Shown here: one piece after another, positions 30,664 to 45,600 of the stretch | Position numbering within the stretch: position 1 is the stretch's first letter | How the letters are laid out: each line of letters opens with the position of its first letter | Assembly (NCBI RefSeq): GCF_009914755.1 | Contig: NC_060943.1 | DNA from: the human T2T-CHM13v2.0 reference genome, Homo sapiens | Reading direction: 5' to 3' (one strand) | DNA length: 64,000 bases | Position numbers and translations under genes: made by a program | The notes under the pieces: generated by a model | Told to the model about the DNA's origin: nothing | Databases searched by the model: none | What the model saw: only the letters and a program-made list of their open reading frames with translations

Positions 30664-33600
30664 AAAATATTCTGTGATGTGTGGATTCATCTCACAGAGA
30701 AAAACCTTTCTTTTGATTCTGCAGGTTGGAAAAGTTCTTTGGATAGAATTATAGAGGGAAAATTGGGAGCACATAGAGGCCTGTGGTGAAAAACTGAATA
30801 TCCCCAGATAAAAACTAGAAAGAAGCTATATGTGAAGGTTCTTTTTGATGTGTGGAATCATCTCTTAAAGTTAAACCTGCCTTTTTGATTCAGGAGTTTG
30901 CAAATACTTCTTTTGCAGAATCTGCGAAGGGACATTTGAGAGCCCTTTGAGGCTCATGGTGAGAAACCGAATATCAACAGATAAAAACTAGAAGGAAGCT
31001 ATCTGTAAAACTGCTTCATAATGTGTGGATTCATCTCACAGAGTTAAACATACATTTTCATTCTGGAAGTTGGAAGGTGCTTTAGGTGCAATCTGCAAAG
31101 GGACATTTGGGAGCCCATTGATGCTGATGATTTAAAACAAAATATTCCAAGATAAAAACTAGAAAAAACTATCTTTGAAACGGCATTGGGATGCGTGGAT
31201 TCATCTCACAGAGTTAAATTTCTCTTTTGATTCAGCAGGCTGGATAGACTTTTTTCGTATAATCTGTGTAGGGACATTTGGGAGCCATTTCACACCTGTC
31301 ATGAAAAACCAAATATCCCCAGATAAAACTAGACAGAAACTATCTATGAAACTGGATTGCGATGTGTGGATTCACATCATTGATATAAACCTTTATTTTG
31401 ATTCTACAGATTGCAAAACTCTTTCAGAAGAATCTGCAAAGGGACATTTGGAAGCCCATAGAAGCCAATTGTGAAAAAGCAAATAGTCCCAGATGAAAAC
31501 TAGAAGAAGCTATATTTGAAACTGCATTGTGATGTGGCGATTCATCTCACAGAGTTAAACCTTTCTTTGGGTTCAGCAGGTTTGAAACACTCTTTTGGTA
31601 GAATCTGTAAAGGGATACTTGGGAGACTATAGAGGCCTATTTTGAAAAGCCAGGTATCTCCAGATAAAAACTAGAAGGAAGCTACCTGTGAAACTGTTTT
31701 GTGATGTGTGTATTCATCTTATCTCACAGAGTTAAAACTTTCTTTTGATTCAGTAGGTGGTAAACACTCTTTTGGTAGAATCTGCAAAGTGACATATCAC
31801 AACCCATTGATGCCTATGGTGAAAAAACGGATATCCCCATATAAAAACTAGAAAGAAGGTATTTCTGAAACTGCATTGTGATTTGTGCATTTATCTCACG
31901 GAGTTAAATATTTCTATTGATTCAGCATAATGGAAGCAATCTTTTTGTAGAATCTGCAAAGGGACATTTGGGAGCCCTTTTACTGCTATGGTGAAAAATC
32001 GAATATCCCCAGACAAAAACAAGAAGCAAGCTATCTGTGAAACTGCTTTGTGATGAGTGGATTCATCTCACAGGTTTTAACCTTTTGTTTTACTCAGTGA
32101 GTTGAAAACACTCTTTTTTTTTAGAATCTACCAAGGGACACATGGGAACCCACAAAGGCCTATGGTGGAAAAGTGAATATCCCCAGATAAAAACTAGGAA
32201 CAAGCTGTCTGTGAAACTACATTGTGATGTGTGGTTTACTTCCCACAGTTAAACATTTCTTTTGATTCAGCAGGTTGCAAACACTGTTTTAATAGAATCT
32301 GTGAAGGTACATTTGGGAGACTATTCAGGCCTATGGTGAAAAACCAAATACATTCAGAAAAAAACCTGAAAGAAGCTATCTGTGACACTGCTTTTTGATG
32401 TGTGGATTCATCTCACAGAGTTAAACACTTCTTTAGATACAGCAGTGTTGAAATATTCTTTAAATAGAATCTGCCAAGAGACGTTTTTAAGCCCATATAG
32501 GCCTAAGTTGAAAAACAGAATATCACCAGATAAAAACTAGAAACAAGCTATTGGGGACATTTCTTTGTGACATGTGGATTCCCCCACAGAGTTAAAACTT
32601 TTTTGACTTAGCACTTTATAAACACTCTTTTCTTGAAACTGTGAAGGGAAATTTGTGAGCCCATTTTAGCCTATGGTGAAAAATGGAATATCCCAAGATA
32701 AAAACCAGAAAGACGCTATCAGTGAAACTGTTTTGGATGTTTCGATTCACCTCACAGACTTAAACCTTCTTTTGATTAAGCAGGTTGGAAACACTCTTTT
32801 GGTAAAATCTGCAGAGGGACATTTGGGAGCCCTTTAAGGTCAATAGTGAAAAATTGAATATCACCAGATTATAACTAGAAAGAAGCCATCTGTAAAACTG
32901 CTTTGTTATGTGTGGATTCATCTCACTGACTGAAAACTTTCTGTCAATTCAGCAGGTTTGAAATAATCTTTTTGTAGAAGCCATGAAAGGACATTTGGGA
33001 GCCCTTTGTGAATAACCAAATATCCCCAGATAAAAAAATAGGAGGAAATTATCTGTGAAATTGCTTTCAGATGTGTGGGTTCATCTCAGAGTTACATTTT
33101 TCTTTTCCTTCAACAGGTGTGAAACTATTTTTGGTAGAACCTGTGAAGGGATATTTGGGATCCCATAGGAAAAACAATATCTGCAGATAAAAACTAGAAT
33201 CAAGCCCTCTGTGAAACTATTTTGTGATATGTAGATTCGTTTCACAGATTTAAACCTATTTTTTGATTCAGCAGGTGGGAAACACTCTTTGGGTAGGATC
33301 TGTGAAGGGATATTTTGGAGACCTTTGAGGCCTATGGTGAAAAACCAAAATTCCCTAGATACAAACTAGAAAGAAGATCTCATGAAAGAGCATTGTGATG
33401 TGTGGATTCATCTCACAGAGTTAAATTTTTTTTTTGATTCAGTAGTTTTGAAACACTGTTTTGGTAGATTCTGTGAAGGGACATTTTGAAGCCCTTTGAG
33501 GCATATGGTAAAAACCATGATTTCCCCAGATATATCAAGAAGAAGCTAACTGTGAAAGTGCTCTGTGATGTGTGGATTCACCTTAGACTTAAACCTTTCT

Positions 33601-36600
33601 TTTGATTCGGCATGTTGGAAACATTCTTTTGGTAGAAACTGCAAAGACATATTTGGGAGCCCATTGAGGCCTGTAATGAAAAACAACATACCCAAAGATA
33701 AAAACTACAAAGAAGATATCTGTGAAACTGCTCTGTGATGTATGGATTTATCTCACAGAATTAAACCTTTCTTTTGATTCAGCTGTTGGAAACACTCTTT
33801 TGCTAGAATCTGAGAAAGGACATTTGCCAGCACACTGAACCCTATGTTAAAAAACCGAATATCCCAAGATAAAAATTAGATAGAAGCTATCAATAAAATG
33901 TATTTTTGATGTGTAGATTCATTCCACAGAGGTAAACTTTTCTTTTTCATTTAGCAGGTTGCAAACACTCCTTTTGTATAATATACTAAGGGATATTTGG
34001 AGGCCCATTGAGGTCTATGGAGAAAACAGAATATCACCAGACATCTGTGAACTGCTTTGTGAGGTCTGGATTCATCTCAAAGAGGTAAAACGTTCCTGAA
34101 AGCAGCGTGTGGGAAACACTCTTTTGGTAGAAACTGCAAAGTCCTTTGAGGTCTATGGTGAAAAACTGAACGTCCACAAATAAATATTAGAAAGGAGCTG
34201 TCAGTGAAATTGCTTTGTGATGTGTGGATTCGTCCCACTGATTTAAATCTTTCTTTTGATACAGCAGGATTGAAACAGTCTTTAGTTAGAATCTGTGAAG
34301 GGACATTTGAAAGCCCATAGAAGCCAATGTTGAAAAACTGAACATCCAAAGATAAAAACTAGAAATAAGCTATCTGTGAGCTTGCTTTGTTATGTGTGGA
34401 ATCATCTCAGAGATTTAAACCTCTCTTTTGATTCAGCAGGTTGCAAACATTCCTTTGCTAGTATCTGAGAAAGGACAATTGAAAGCCCATTGTAGCACTT
34501 TGTGAAAAATTGAATATTCAAAGATAAAAGCTAGAAAGAAGCTTTTAGTGAAACTACTTAGTGATGAGTGGATTCTACTCAGAGAGTGAAACTTTTCTAT
34601 TGTTCAGCAGTTTGGAAACTCTCTTTTCGTAAAACTGGGAAACGGACATGTGGGAGCCCATTGAGACCTATGGTGAAAAATCATATATTTCCAGAGAAAA
34701 ACAAGAAAAAAGCTATCTGTGAAACTGCTCTGTGTTGTGTGGATTCATCTCACAGAGTTAAAACTTTATTTTGATTAAGGAGGTTGGAAAAACTTGTTTG
34801 GCAGAATCTGCGAAGGAAGCTTTGGAAGCTTTTTGAGGCCTATGGTGAAAAACAGAATATCCACAGATAAAAACTACAAAGTAGCTATCTGTAAAACTGC
34901 TTTGTGACTTGTAGCTTCATCTCACAGAGGTAAGCCTTTCATTTGATTTAGCACGTTGAAAACCCTCGTTTTGTAGAACCTGAGAAGGGATACTTTGAAG
35001 CCCATTGACTCCTATGGTGAAAAAAGAAATATCCCTAGTTCAAAACTAGAAGGAAGCTACCTGTGAAACTGATTTGTGTTGCATGGATTCACCACTTATA
35101 GTTAAACTTTTCTTTTGATCCAGCAAATCTGAAACACTCTTTAGGGAGAATAAGTGTAGGGTCATTTGGGAGAATGTAGAGGCCTATGGTGAAAAAGAGT
35201 ATATCGCCAGATAAAAACTAAAAAGAAAGTGTCTGTGAACTGCTGTGTGATGTGTGGATTCACATCACAGAATTAAACTTTTGTTTTGATTCAGCAGGTG
35301 TGAAACCCTCTTTTGGTGGGATCTGCAAAGGGACATTTGGAAGCCCAAAGATGTTTATGGTGAAGAACCGAATATATCTAGATAAAAACTAGAAAGAAAC
35401 TACTCGTGAAACTGCCTTGTGATGTGTGGATTCGTTTCACAGAGTTAAATATGTCTTTTGGTTCAGTAAATTTTAAACACTCTTGGGGTAGAACCTTTTA
35501 AGGGACATTTCAGAGTCCTTAGAGGCCTATGGTAAAAAAACAAATATCCCCAGGTAAAAACTAGAAAGAAGCTATCTGTTAAACTGCTTTGTGATGTCTG
35601 TATTCAAATCACAAAGTTAAGCCTTTCTTTGGATTCAGCATGTCACAAACACTCTTTTTATAGAATCTGTGAAGGTACATTTGGGAACACTTTCAGGAAT
35701 ATAGTGAAAAACAGAATACCCCCAGATACTAACCAGAAAGAAGCTCTTTCTGAAACTGCTTTTTTGATGTGTGGATTCATCTCACAGGGATAAACCTTCC
35801 TTAGATTCAGCAGGTTGGAAACGCTCGTTTTTTAGAATCTGCGTGGGGCATTTTGAAGCCATTTGAGGCCTATGATTAAAAAAAAAAGACACTATATCCC
35901 CAGATAAAAACTAGGAATCAGCTATCGGTGAACTTCTTTGTGACATGCAGAGTCATCTAACAGAGGTAAACGTTTCTTTTGAAACAGCGTGCTGGAAACA
36001 TTGTTTTTGCAGAAACTGCAAAGACAAATTTGGAAGCTTTTAGAGGCCTATGGTGAAAAACAGAATGTTCATAGATAAAAACTATAAAGAAGCTATCTGC
36101 AAAACAACCCTGCGATCTGTGGATTCATCTCACAGAGATAAACCCGTCTATTGAATCAGCAAGTTGCAAACACTCTTTTTGTATAATCTGCAAAGAAACT
36201 TTTGGAGTCCATGGAGGCCTATAGTGAAAAACGGAGTATCCCCAGATAAACACTAGAAAAAAGCTATCTTTGAAACTGCTTTGTAATGTGTGGATTCATC
36301 TCACAGAATTAAACCTTTTCTTTTATTATCCAGGTTTGAAACTCTCTTTTGGTAGAATTTGTGAAGGAAGGTTTGGGAAGCCATAGAGGCCTATGGTGAA
36401 AAACAGAATATCCCCAGATAAAAACTAGAAAAAGCTGCCTGTGAAACTGCTTCATGATATGTGGATTCATCTCAAAGGGTTAAACTTGTTTTTGATTCAC
36501 TAGATTAGAAACACTCTTTTTCTGGAATCTCCGAAGGCACATTTTGCAGGCCACTGTAGTCTATGGTAACAAACAGAATATCCCAAGCTCAAAACTAGAA

Positions 36601-39600
36601 AGAGGCTATCTGTGAAACTTCTTTGTGATGTGTGGATTCATCCCAGAGAAGTGAACCTTTCTTTTAATTCAGCAGGTTGCAAGCACACTTTTGCAGAGTC
36701 TGAAGAGACTTTTGAAAGCTGTTTGAGTCCTTTGGTGAGAAACAAAATGTCCACAGATAATCACAGGGATAAAACTATCTGTTAAACTACTTTTTGATAT
36801 GTGGTTTCATCTCACAGTGTTGAACCTTTCGTTTTACTCAGCAGGTTGGAAACACTCTTTGGTTAGAAGTTATGAGGAAACATTTGGGAGCTTTTTGAGG
36901 CCTATTCTGAGAAACTAAACATCCCCAGATAAAAACTAGAAAAAAGCTATCTTTGAAACTGCTTTGTGATGTGTGTATTCATCTTACAGAGCTAAATTTT
37001 TATTTTGACACAGCAGGTTTGAAACTCTCTTTAGGTAGAATCTGCAAAGGTATATTTGGGAGTGCCTTGAGGCTTACAGTGAAAAATAAAATATCCCCAG
37101 ATAAAAACTAGAAAGAAACTATCTGTGAAACTTCTTTGTAATGTGTGGATTCACCTCACAGAGTTAAACCTGTCTTTTCATTCAGCAGGTTGGAAACCCT
37201 CTTTTTGGAGATCCTGCCAAAGGACGTTTGTGAGCCCTCAGAGGCCTGTGGTGAAAAACAGAATATCCAATGATAAAAACTAGAGAAAACGTATCAATGA
37301 AACTGCCTTGTGATATGTGGATTCATCTCACAGAGCTAAACATTTCTTTTGATTCAGTATCTTGGAAACACTTGTTGTGTAGAATTGGTGGAAAGACATT
37401 TGGGAGCCAATAGAGGCCTAAGGTGAAAAACTGAATATCCCCAGATAAAAACTAGAAAGAAACTATCTGTGTAACTGCTTTCATAAGTGTGGATTCCTCT
37501 CACAGAGTTAAACCTTTCTTTTAGATTCAGCAGGTTGCAAATACTTATGTTTTGTAATCTGTGTAGTGACATTTGGGAGCCCATTAAAGCCTATGATGAA
37601 AAATCAAATATCCCCAGATAAAAACCAAAAAGAAGCTATCTTTGAAACTGTTTAGTGATGTGTGGGTTCATCTCAAAGTCTTAAATCTTTCTTTTGACTC
37701 AGCGTGTTGGAAACACTCTTTTGCTAGAATCTGCAAAAGATTTTTGAGCCCACTGTAGTCTAGGGTAAAAAAACCCCACAAATATTGCAGAATAAAAACT
37801 AGAAAGAAGCTATCAGTGAATCTGCTTTGTGATGCATGGATTCATTTCACAGAATTAAACCTTTATTTTGATACTTCAGGTTGGAAACACTTTTTTGTAG
37901 AATCTGTGAAGGGACATTTGAGAGAGATTTGAGGCCTATAATGAAAAACTGAAAATCCCCAGATAAAACCTAGAAGGAATCTCTTTGTGAAACTGTTTGG
38001 GATGTGTTTATTCAGCTAATAGAGTTAAAATTTTCTGCCAATATAACATGTTTGAAACAATATTTAGATAGTATCTGTGAAGGGACATTTAAGAGCCCAT
38101 AAAGGCCTATGGTGAAAAAAAGAATATCGCCAGATATAAAGTAGAAGAAAGCTAAAGATGTAACTCCTTTGAGATGTATGGATTCATGTCACATAGTTAA
38201 AACTTTCTTTTGTCACAGCAGGTATGAAACCCTCTTTAGTTATCATCTGTGAAGGGACTTTCAAGAGCCCATAGAGGCCTATGGCAAAAAACTCAAAAAC
38301 TCCAGATAAAAACTAGAAGGAAGCTCTGTTTAACTTGTTTGTAATGTCTGGATTTATCTCACAGAGATACAATTTTATATTGATTCAGAAAGTTGGAATC
38401 ACTCTTTTGGTAGAATCTGCCAAGGGACATTTGGGATCCCTTAAAGGCCTATGGTGAAAAACTGAATACACCTTGATAAAAACTAGGAAGAAGCTATCTG
38501 TGAAATTGCATTGTAAAGTGTGGATTCATGTCACAGAGTTAAACATTTGTTTTGATTCATCAGGTTGGAATCACTGATTTTGCAGATTCTGTGAAGAGAC
38601 ATTGTAGAGCCTATTGAGTCCTATGGTGAGCAACCCAATATTTCCAGATAAAAACCAGAAGGAAGCTATTTGTGAAACTGTTTTGTGAGGTGCGATTCAT
38701 CTCACAGATGTAAACACTTTTTTTGATTCAGTAGGTTGGAGATACTCATTTTGTAGAATTGGCAATGGGATATTTCAGGGCCCATTGAGGCCTAAGCTTG
38801 CAAACCCAATATCCCGAGATAAAAACTAAAAAGGAGCTGTCAGTGAAACTGCTTTGTGATGTTGGGATTTATTTTACAGAATTAAACACTTCTTTTGACT
38901 TAGCAGGTTGTAAACACTCTTTTCGTAGAATCTGCATAGAGACATATCACAGCCCATTGAGGCCTATGGTGAAAAAACAGATATCCCCAGATAAAAACTA
39001 GAAAGAGGCATTTCTGAAACTGCATTGTGATGTCTGCATTTATCTCACAGAGGCAAATCTTTGTATTGATTCAGCAGGATGGAAAAACTCTTTTTGAATA
39101 ATCTGCAAAGGGATATTTGGGAGATCTTTTAGGCCTGTGGTGAAAAATAAATATCCCCAGATAAATACTGCAAAGAACTGAAGAGTGACACAGCTTTTCT
39201 GATGTGTGGATTTATCTCACAGACTTAAACCTTTCCTTTCATTCTGCAGGTTTGAAACACTCATTTTGCAGAATCTGTGAAGGGACATTATAGAGCCCCT
39301 TGAGGTCTATTGTGAAAAATAAAATATCCTCAGATAAAAACTAGAAAGAAGCTGTCTGTGAAGTGCTCTGTGATGTGTGGATTCATTGCACAGAGTTGAA
39401 ACTTTCTTTTGATGCGCCAGGATGGAAACACTCTTTAGATATTATCTGCAAAGGAACATGTATTAGCCCATACAGGCCTAGGGTGAAAAAACGAATATCC
39501 CCACATAAAAACTATCAAGAAGCTATCTGTGAAACTGCTTTGTTAAGTGTAGATTCAGCTCAAAGGGTTAAACCTTTCTTTGGATTCAGCAGGTTGCAAA

Positions 39601-39695
39601 CACTCTTTTGCTAGAACCTGCCAAGGGACATTTGTGAGCCCATTGTTGCTCACTGTGAGAAATGGAATATTCAAAGACAAAAACTAGAAAGAAGC
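30664..39695 (+). repeat. Alpha satellite, class B (one 30-monomer relic HOR turn at ~34.4-39.7 kb)
   Basis: Class B consensus. The tgtagcac...gaatattcaaag marker recurs at ~34491 and ~39645, 5154 bp apart (30 x 172). Confidence 0.95.
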
Positions 39696-42600
39696 TTTCT
39701 GAGAAACTGCTTTGTGATGTGTGCATTCTTCTCACAGACTTAAACCTTTCATTTGATTGAGCAATTTTGGAAACACTGTTTTTGCTGAATCTACACAGGG
39801 ATATATGGGATTGCATTGAGGCCTATGGTGAAAAGAGAAATATCTTCAGATAAAAAATAGAAAGAAGCTTTCTGGGAAACTGCTTTGTGATGTGTGCATT
39901 CACCACCCAGAGTTAAACTTTTTTTTGATTGAGCAGTTTGGATACACTGTTTTTGTAAAATCTGTGAAGGGACATCTGGGAGTGCTTGGAGGCCTATGGT
40001 GAAAAAGTAAATGTCTTTAGACAAAAAGTAGAAAGACTCTTTCTCAAAAACCGCTTAGTGATGTGTGGACTCTTCTAACAGTGTTAAACTGTTCTTTTGT
40101 TTGAACAGTTTGGATACACTGTTTTGGTAGAATCTGTGAAGGGATATTTGGGAGTGCATTGTGGCCTTTTGTGAAAAAGAAATATCTTCAGGGAAAAACT
40201 AGAAAGAAGCTTTCAGAGAAACTGTTTTGTGATGAGTGCATTCAGCTCACAAACTTAAAACTTTCTTTTGATTGAGCACTTTGCAAACACTGCTTTTGTA
40301 GAATGTTCGAAGGGATATTTGGGAGCCATTAGAGGCCTATATTGAAAAAGGAAATATGTTTGAGAAAAACTGGAAAGAAGTTTCTGCATAACTGCTTTGA
40401 GAAGTGTGCATTCATCTCACAGAGTTAAACTTATAGTTTGAGAAGATTGGAAACACTGTTTTGGTAGAATCTGTGAACAGATTTTTTGGAGTGCTTTCAG
40501 ACCTATGATAGAAAAGGAATTATCTTCAGATAAAAACTAGAAGGAAACATTCTGAGAGATGGCTTTGTGATGAGCACGTTTATCTCACAGAGTTAAACCT
40601 TTATTTTGATTGAGCAGTTTGGCAACTGTGTTTTGTAGGCACTGAGAAGGGCTAATTAGGAGTGGTTTTAGGCCTATGGTGAAAACCGAAATATTGTCAG
40701 TTAGAAACAAGTGAGAAGATTTCTGGGCAACTTCTTTGTGATGTGTGCATTCATCTCACAGAGTTAATCCTTTCTTTTGATTGAGCAGTGTGGAAACACT
40801 GTTTCAGTAGAATCTATGAAGAGATATTTGAGTGCACTGAGTGCTATGGTTCAAAAAGAAATATATTCAGCTAAAACTTAAAAGGTTTCTCAGAAACTGC
40901 TTTGTGATGTGTGCATTTTTCTCACAAAGTTAAACATTTTTTTTGATTCAGTTGTCTGGAAACATTGTTTTTGTAGAATATACAAAAGGATATATGTGAG
41001 AGCTTTGAGGCCTATGGTGAAAAAGGAAATATTTTCAGTTAAAAACTAGAAAGAAGCTTTCTGAGAAACTGCTTTATGATGATTGCATTCATCTCACAGA
41101 TAAACCTTTCTTTTGATTGACCAGTTTGGAAACACTGTTTTTGTAGATTCTGTGAAGGGACATTCTGGAGCACATTGAGGCCTATGGTGAAAAAGGAAAA
41201 ATCTTCAGATAAAAACTAGAAAGAAGCTTTCTTAGGAACCACTTTTTGTTGTGTTCATTCTTCTCACAGAGTTAAAACTTTCTTTTGATTGAATAGTATG
41301 GAAACACTGTTTTCGTAGAATCTACAAAGGGATATATGGGAGCCCATTGACACCTATGATCAAAAAGGAAATATCTTCAGATAAAAACTGGAAAGAAGCT
41401 TTCTGAGAAACTACTATGTGATGACAGCATTCGTCTCATAGAGTTAAACCTTTCTTTTCATTGAGCAGTTTAGAAACACAGTTTTTGTAGAATGTGAGAA
41501 GGGATATGTGGGAGGGTTTGAGGCCTATGGTGAAAAACAAAATGTCTTCAGATAAATACTAGAAAGAAGCTTTCTGGGTGACTGCCTTGTGATGTGTACA
41601 CTCATGTCACAGAGTTAAACATTATTTTTTGATTGATCAGTTTGGAAACACTCTTTTGGTAGAATCAATGAAGAGATATTTGGGAGCGTATTGAGCTCTA
41701 TGGTGATAAAGGAAATATCTTTAGATAAAAACTAGAAAGAAGCTTTCTCAGAAAGTGTTTTGTGATGTGTGCATTCTTCTCACAGAGTTAAACCTTTCTT
41801 TTCATTGAGCAGTCTGGAAACACTGTTTTTGTAGGATCTATGAAGAGATATATGGGAGCACATTGAAGCCTATGGTGAAAAAGGAAATGTCTTCAGATAA
41901 AAAATAGAAAGAAGCTTTCTGAGAAACTGCTTTGTGATATGTGCATTCATGTCACAGAGTTAGACCTTTCTTTTGATTGTGCAGTTTCACAACATTGTTG
42001 TTGTGGAATCTAAGAGGGGATATTTGGGAGTGCTACAAGACCTTGAATGAAAAAGGAAATATCTTCAGATAAAAATTAGAAAGAAGCTTTCTGGGAAACT
42101 GTTTTGTGATGTGTGCATTCATTTCTCAGAGGTAAAACTTTTTTTTGATAGAGAAGTTTGGAAAACGTATGTTTGTATAATCTGCGAAGGGACTTTTGGG
42201 ATTGATTTGAGGCCTATGCTGAAAAAAGGAAATATCTTCAGATAAAAAGTAGAAAGAAGCTTTCTGAGAAACTGCTTTGTGATGTGTGCATTTATCCCAC
42301 AGAATTAAAACTTCCCTTTGATTGGGCAGTTTCGAAACACAGTTTTTGAGGTACCTGTGAAGGGTTATTTGGGAGCACATCAAGATCTATGGTGAAAAAG
42401 GAAATATCTTCAGATAAAAAGTAGAAAGAAGCTTTCTCAGAACCGCTTTGTGTTGTCTGCATTCTTCTCACAGAGTCAATCCTTTCTTTTGATAGAGCAG
42501 TTTTTAAAACCTGATTTTATAGAATCTGTGAAGGCATATATGGGAGCCCATAAGGCCAATTGTTAAAAAGATAATATCTTGAGGGAAAAACTAGAAAGAA

Positions 42601-45600
42601 GCTCTCTGAGAAACTGCCTTGTGATGTGTGCATTCTTCTCACAGAGTTAAACCTTTCTTTTGATTGAGCAGTCTGGAAACACTGTTTTCGTAGGACCTAT
42701 GAAGAGATATATGGGAGCGCATTGAAGCTTATGGTGAAAAAGGAAATATCTTCAGATAAAACTAGAAAGAAGCTTTCTAGGAAACTGCGTTGTGATGTGT
42801 GCATTCATCTCACAGAGTTAAACCTTTCTTTTGATTGTGCAGTTTTGCAGCATTGTTGTTGTGGAATCTAAGAAGGGATACTTGGGAGTGCAATAAGACC
42901 TTGAATGAAAAAGGAAATATCTTCATATAAAAATTCGAAAGAAGCTTTCTGGGAAACTGTTTTGTGATGTGTTCATTCATTTCTCAGAGTTAAACCTTTT
43001 TTTTTGATAGAGAAGTTTGGAAACCGTGTGTTTGTATAATCTGCGAAGGGATGTTTGGGATCGATTTGAGGCCTATGGTGAAAAAAGGAAATATCTTCAG
43101 ATAAAAACTAGAAAGAAGCTTTCTGAGAAACTGCTTTGTGATATGTCCATTCATCTCACAGAATTAAAACTTCCTTTTGATTGGGCAGTTTAGAAACACA
43201 GTTTTTGAGGTATCTTTGAAGGGATAATTGGGAGCGTATTGAGATCTATGGTTAAAAAAGAAATATCTTCAGATAAAAAGTAGAAAGAAGCTTTCTCAGA
43301 AACTGCTTTGTGATGTCTGCATTCTTCTCACAGAATTAAACCTTTTTTTTTTGATTGAGCAGTTTGGAAACACTGTTTTTGTAGAATCTACACAGGGATA
43401 TATTGAAGAGCATGGAGGCCTATGGTGAAAAAAGAAATCTCTTCAGATAAAAAGTAGAAAGAATTTTTTTCAGAAACTGCTTTGTGATGTGGACATTCCT
43501 CTTTCAGAGTTAAACCATTCTTTTGATTGAGCAGTTTGGAACCACTGTTTTTGTAGAATCTATGAAGGGATATATGGAAGGGCATTGGCACTTGTGGTGA
43601 AAAAGGAAATATCTTCATAGAAAAACTGGAAAGAAACTTTCTGAGAAACTGCTTTGTGATGTGTGCATTCATCTCACAAAGTTAAACCATTCTTTTGATT
43701 GAGCAGTTTAGAAACACTGTTTTTGTGGAATTTTCAAAGGGATATTTGAGAGTGCTTTGAGGTCTATGCTGAAGAAGGAAATGTCTTCAGATAAATACTA
43801 GAAAGAAGCTTTCTCAAAAACCGCTTTGTGCCTTTGTGCGTTCTTCTGACAGAGTTAAATCTTTCATTTGATTGAGGAAATTGGAAACACTGTTTTTGTA
43901 GAATCTGAGAGGGGATATTTGGAGGCACTTTGAGAACTATAGTGAAAACAGAAATATCTTCAGATAAAAAGAAGAAAGAAGTTTCTCAGAAGCTGCATTG
44001 TGATGTGTGCATTCTTCTCACAGAATTAAACCTTTCTTTTGATAGAACAGTTTGGAAATACTGTGTTTGTAGAATCTACACAGAGATATATGAGAGCACA
44101 TTGAGTCGTAAGGTGAAAAAGGAAATATCTTCAGATTAAAAATAGAAAGAAGGTTTCTAATATGTGCATTTCTCTCACAGAGATAAACTTTTTTGATTGT
44201 GTGGTTTGTAAACACTTTTTGTAAAATCAATAAGGGATATTTCAGAGCACTTTGAGGCCTAAGGAAGAACAAGAAATGTGTTGAGATAAAAACTAGAAAG
44301 AAGATTTCTGAGAAACTGCTTTGTGATGAATGCCTTCATCTCACAGAATTAAAACTTTCTTTTGATTGAACAGTGTGGCAACACGCTTTTTGTGGATTCC
44401 GAAGGGGATATTTTGGAGTGCTTTAAGGCCTAAGTGAAAAGGAAATACCTTCAGATAAAAATTAGAAAGAAGCTTTGTAGGAAACGGCTTTGTGATTTGT
44501 GCATTAATCTCAAAAATTTAAAACAGTATTTTGATTGAGCACTTTGGAAACACTGTTTTGGTGGAATCTGTAAAGGGATATTTCTGGAAAGATGCATTCT
44601 GGTAAACTGCTTTCAGATGTGTGCATTGATCTCACAGAGATAAAATTTTCTTTGGATTGAGCAGTTTGGAAACACTGTTTTGGTAGGATCTGTGAAGGGA
44701 TATTTGGGAACACATTGAGGCCTACAATGAAAAAGGAAATATCTTCAGATAAAATCTAGAAAGAAGCTTTTGAGAAAGTGCTTTGTGATGAGTGAATTCA
44801 TCTCCCAGAGTTAAACTTTCCTTTTCATTGAGCATTTTGGCAATACTCTTTTTGTGGAATCTCAGAAGGGATATTTGGGAGCTCTTTAAGGCTTAGGGTT
44901 GAAAAAGGAAATAAAATCAGATAAAAACTACAAAGAAGCTTTCTGAGAAACTGCTTTGTGATGTGGGTATTCATCTTACAGAATTAAACCATTCTTTTGA
45001 TTGAACAGTTTGGAACCATTGTTTTTGTAGAAACTATGAAGGGATATATGGGAGGGCATTGATGCCTATGTTGAAAAAGGAAATATCTTCATAGAAAAAC
45101 TGGAAAGAAACATCCTGAGGAACTGCTTTGTGACGTCTGCATATATCTCACAAAGTTAAACCATTCTTTTGATTGAGCAGTTTGGAAACACAGTTTTTGT
45201 AGAATTTGCAAAGGGGTATTTTGGAGTGCTTCGAGGCCTATGCTGAAGATGGAAATATCTTCAGATAAATACCAGAAAGAAGCTTTCTCAGAAGCCGCTT
45301 TGTGATGTGTGCATTCTTCTCACTGAGTTAATCCTTTATTTCGATTGTGCAGTTTGGAATCACTGTTTTGGAAGTATTTGCAAAGGGATATTTAGGAGTG
45401 CATTGAGGTCTATGGTGAAAAAAGAAATATCTTCTGATAAAAACTAGAAAGAAACTTTCTCAGAAACCATTTTGTGATGTGTGCATTCTTCTCATAGCGT
45501 TAAAACTTTTTTTGATTGAGCAGTCTGGAAAAACTGTCTTGGTAGAAACTATAAAGGGATACATGTGAGCATCTTGAGGCCTATGGGAAAAGGGAAATAT

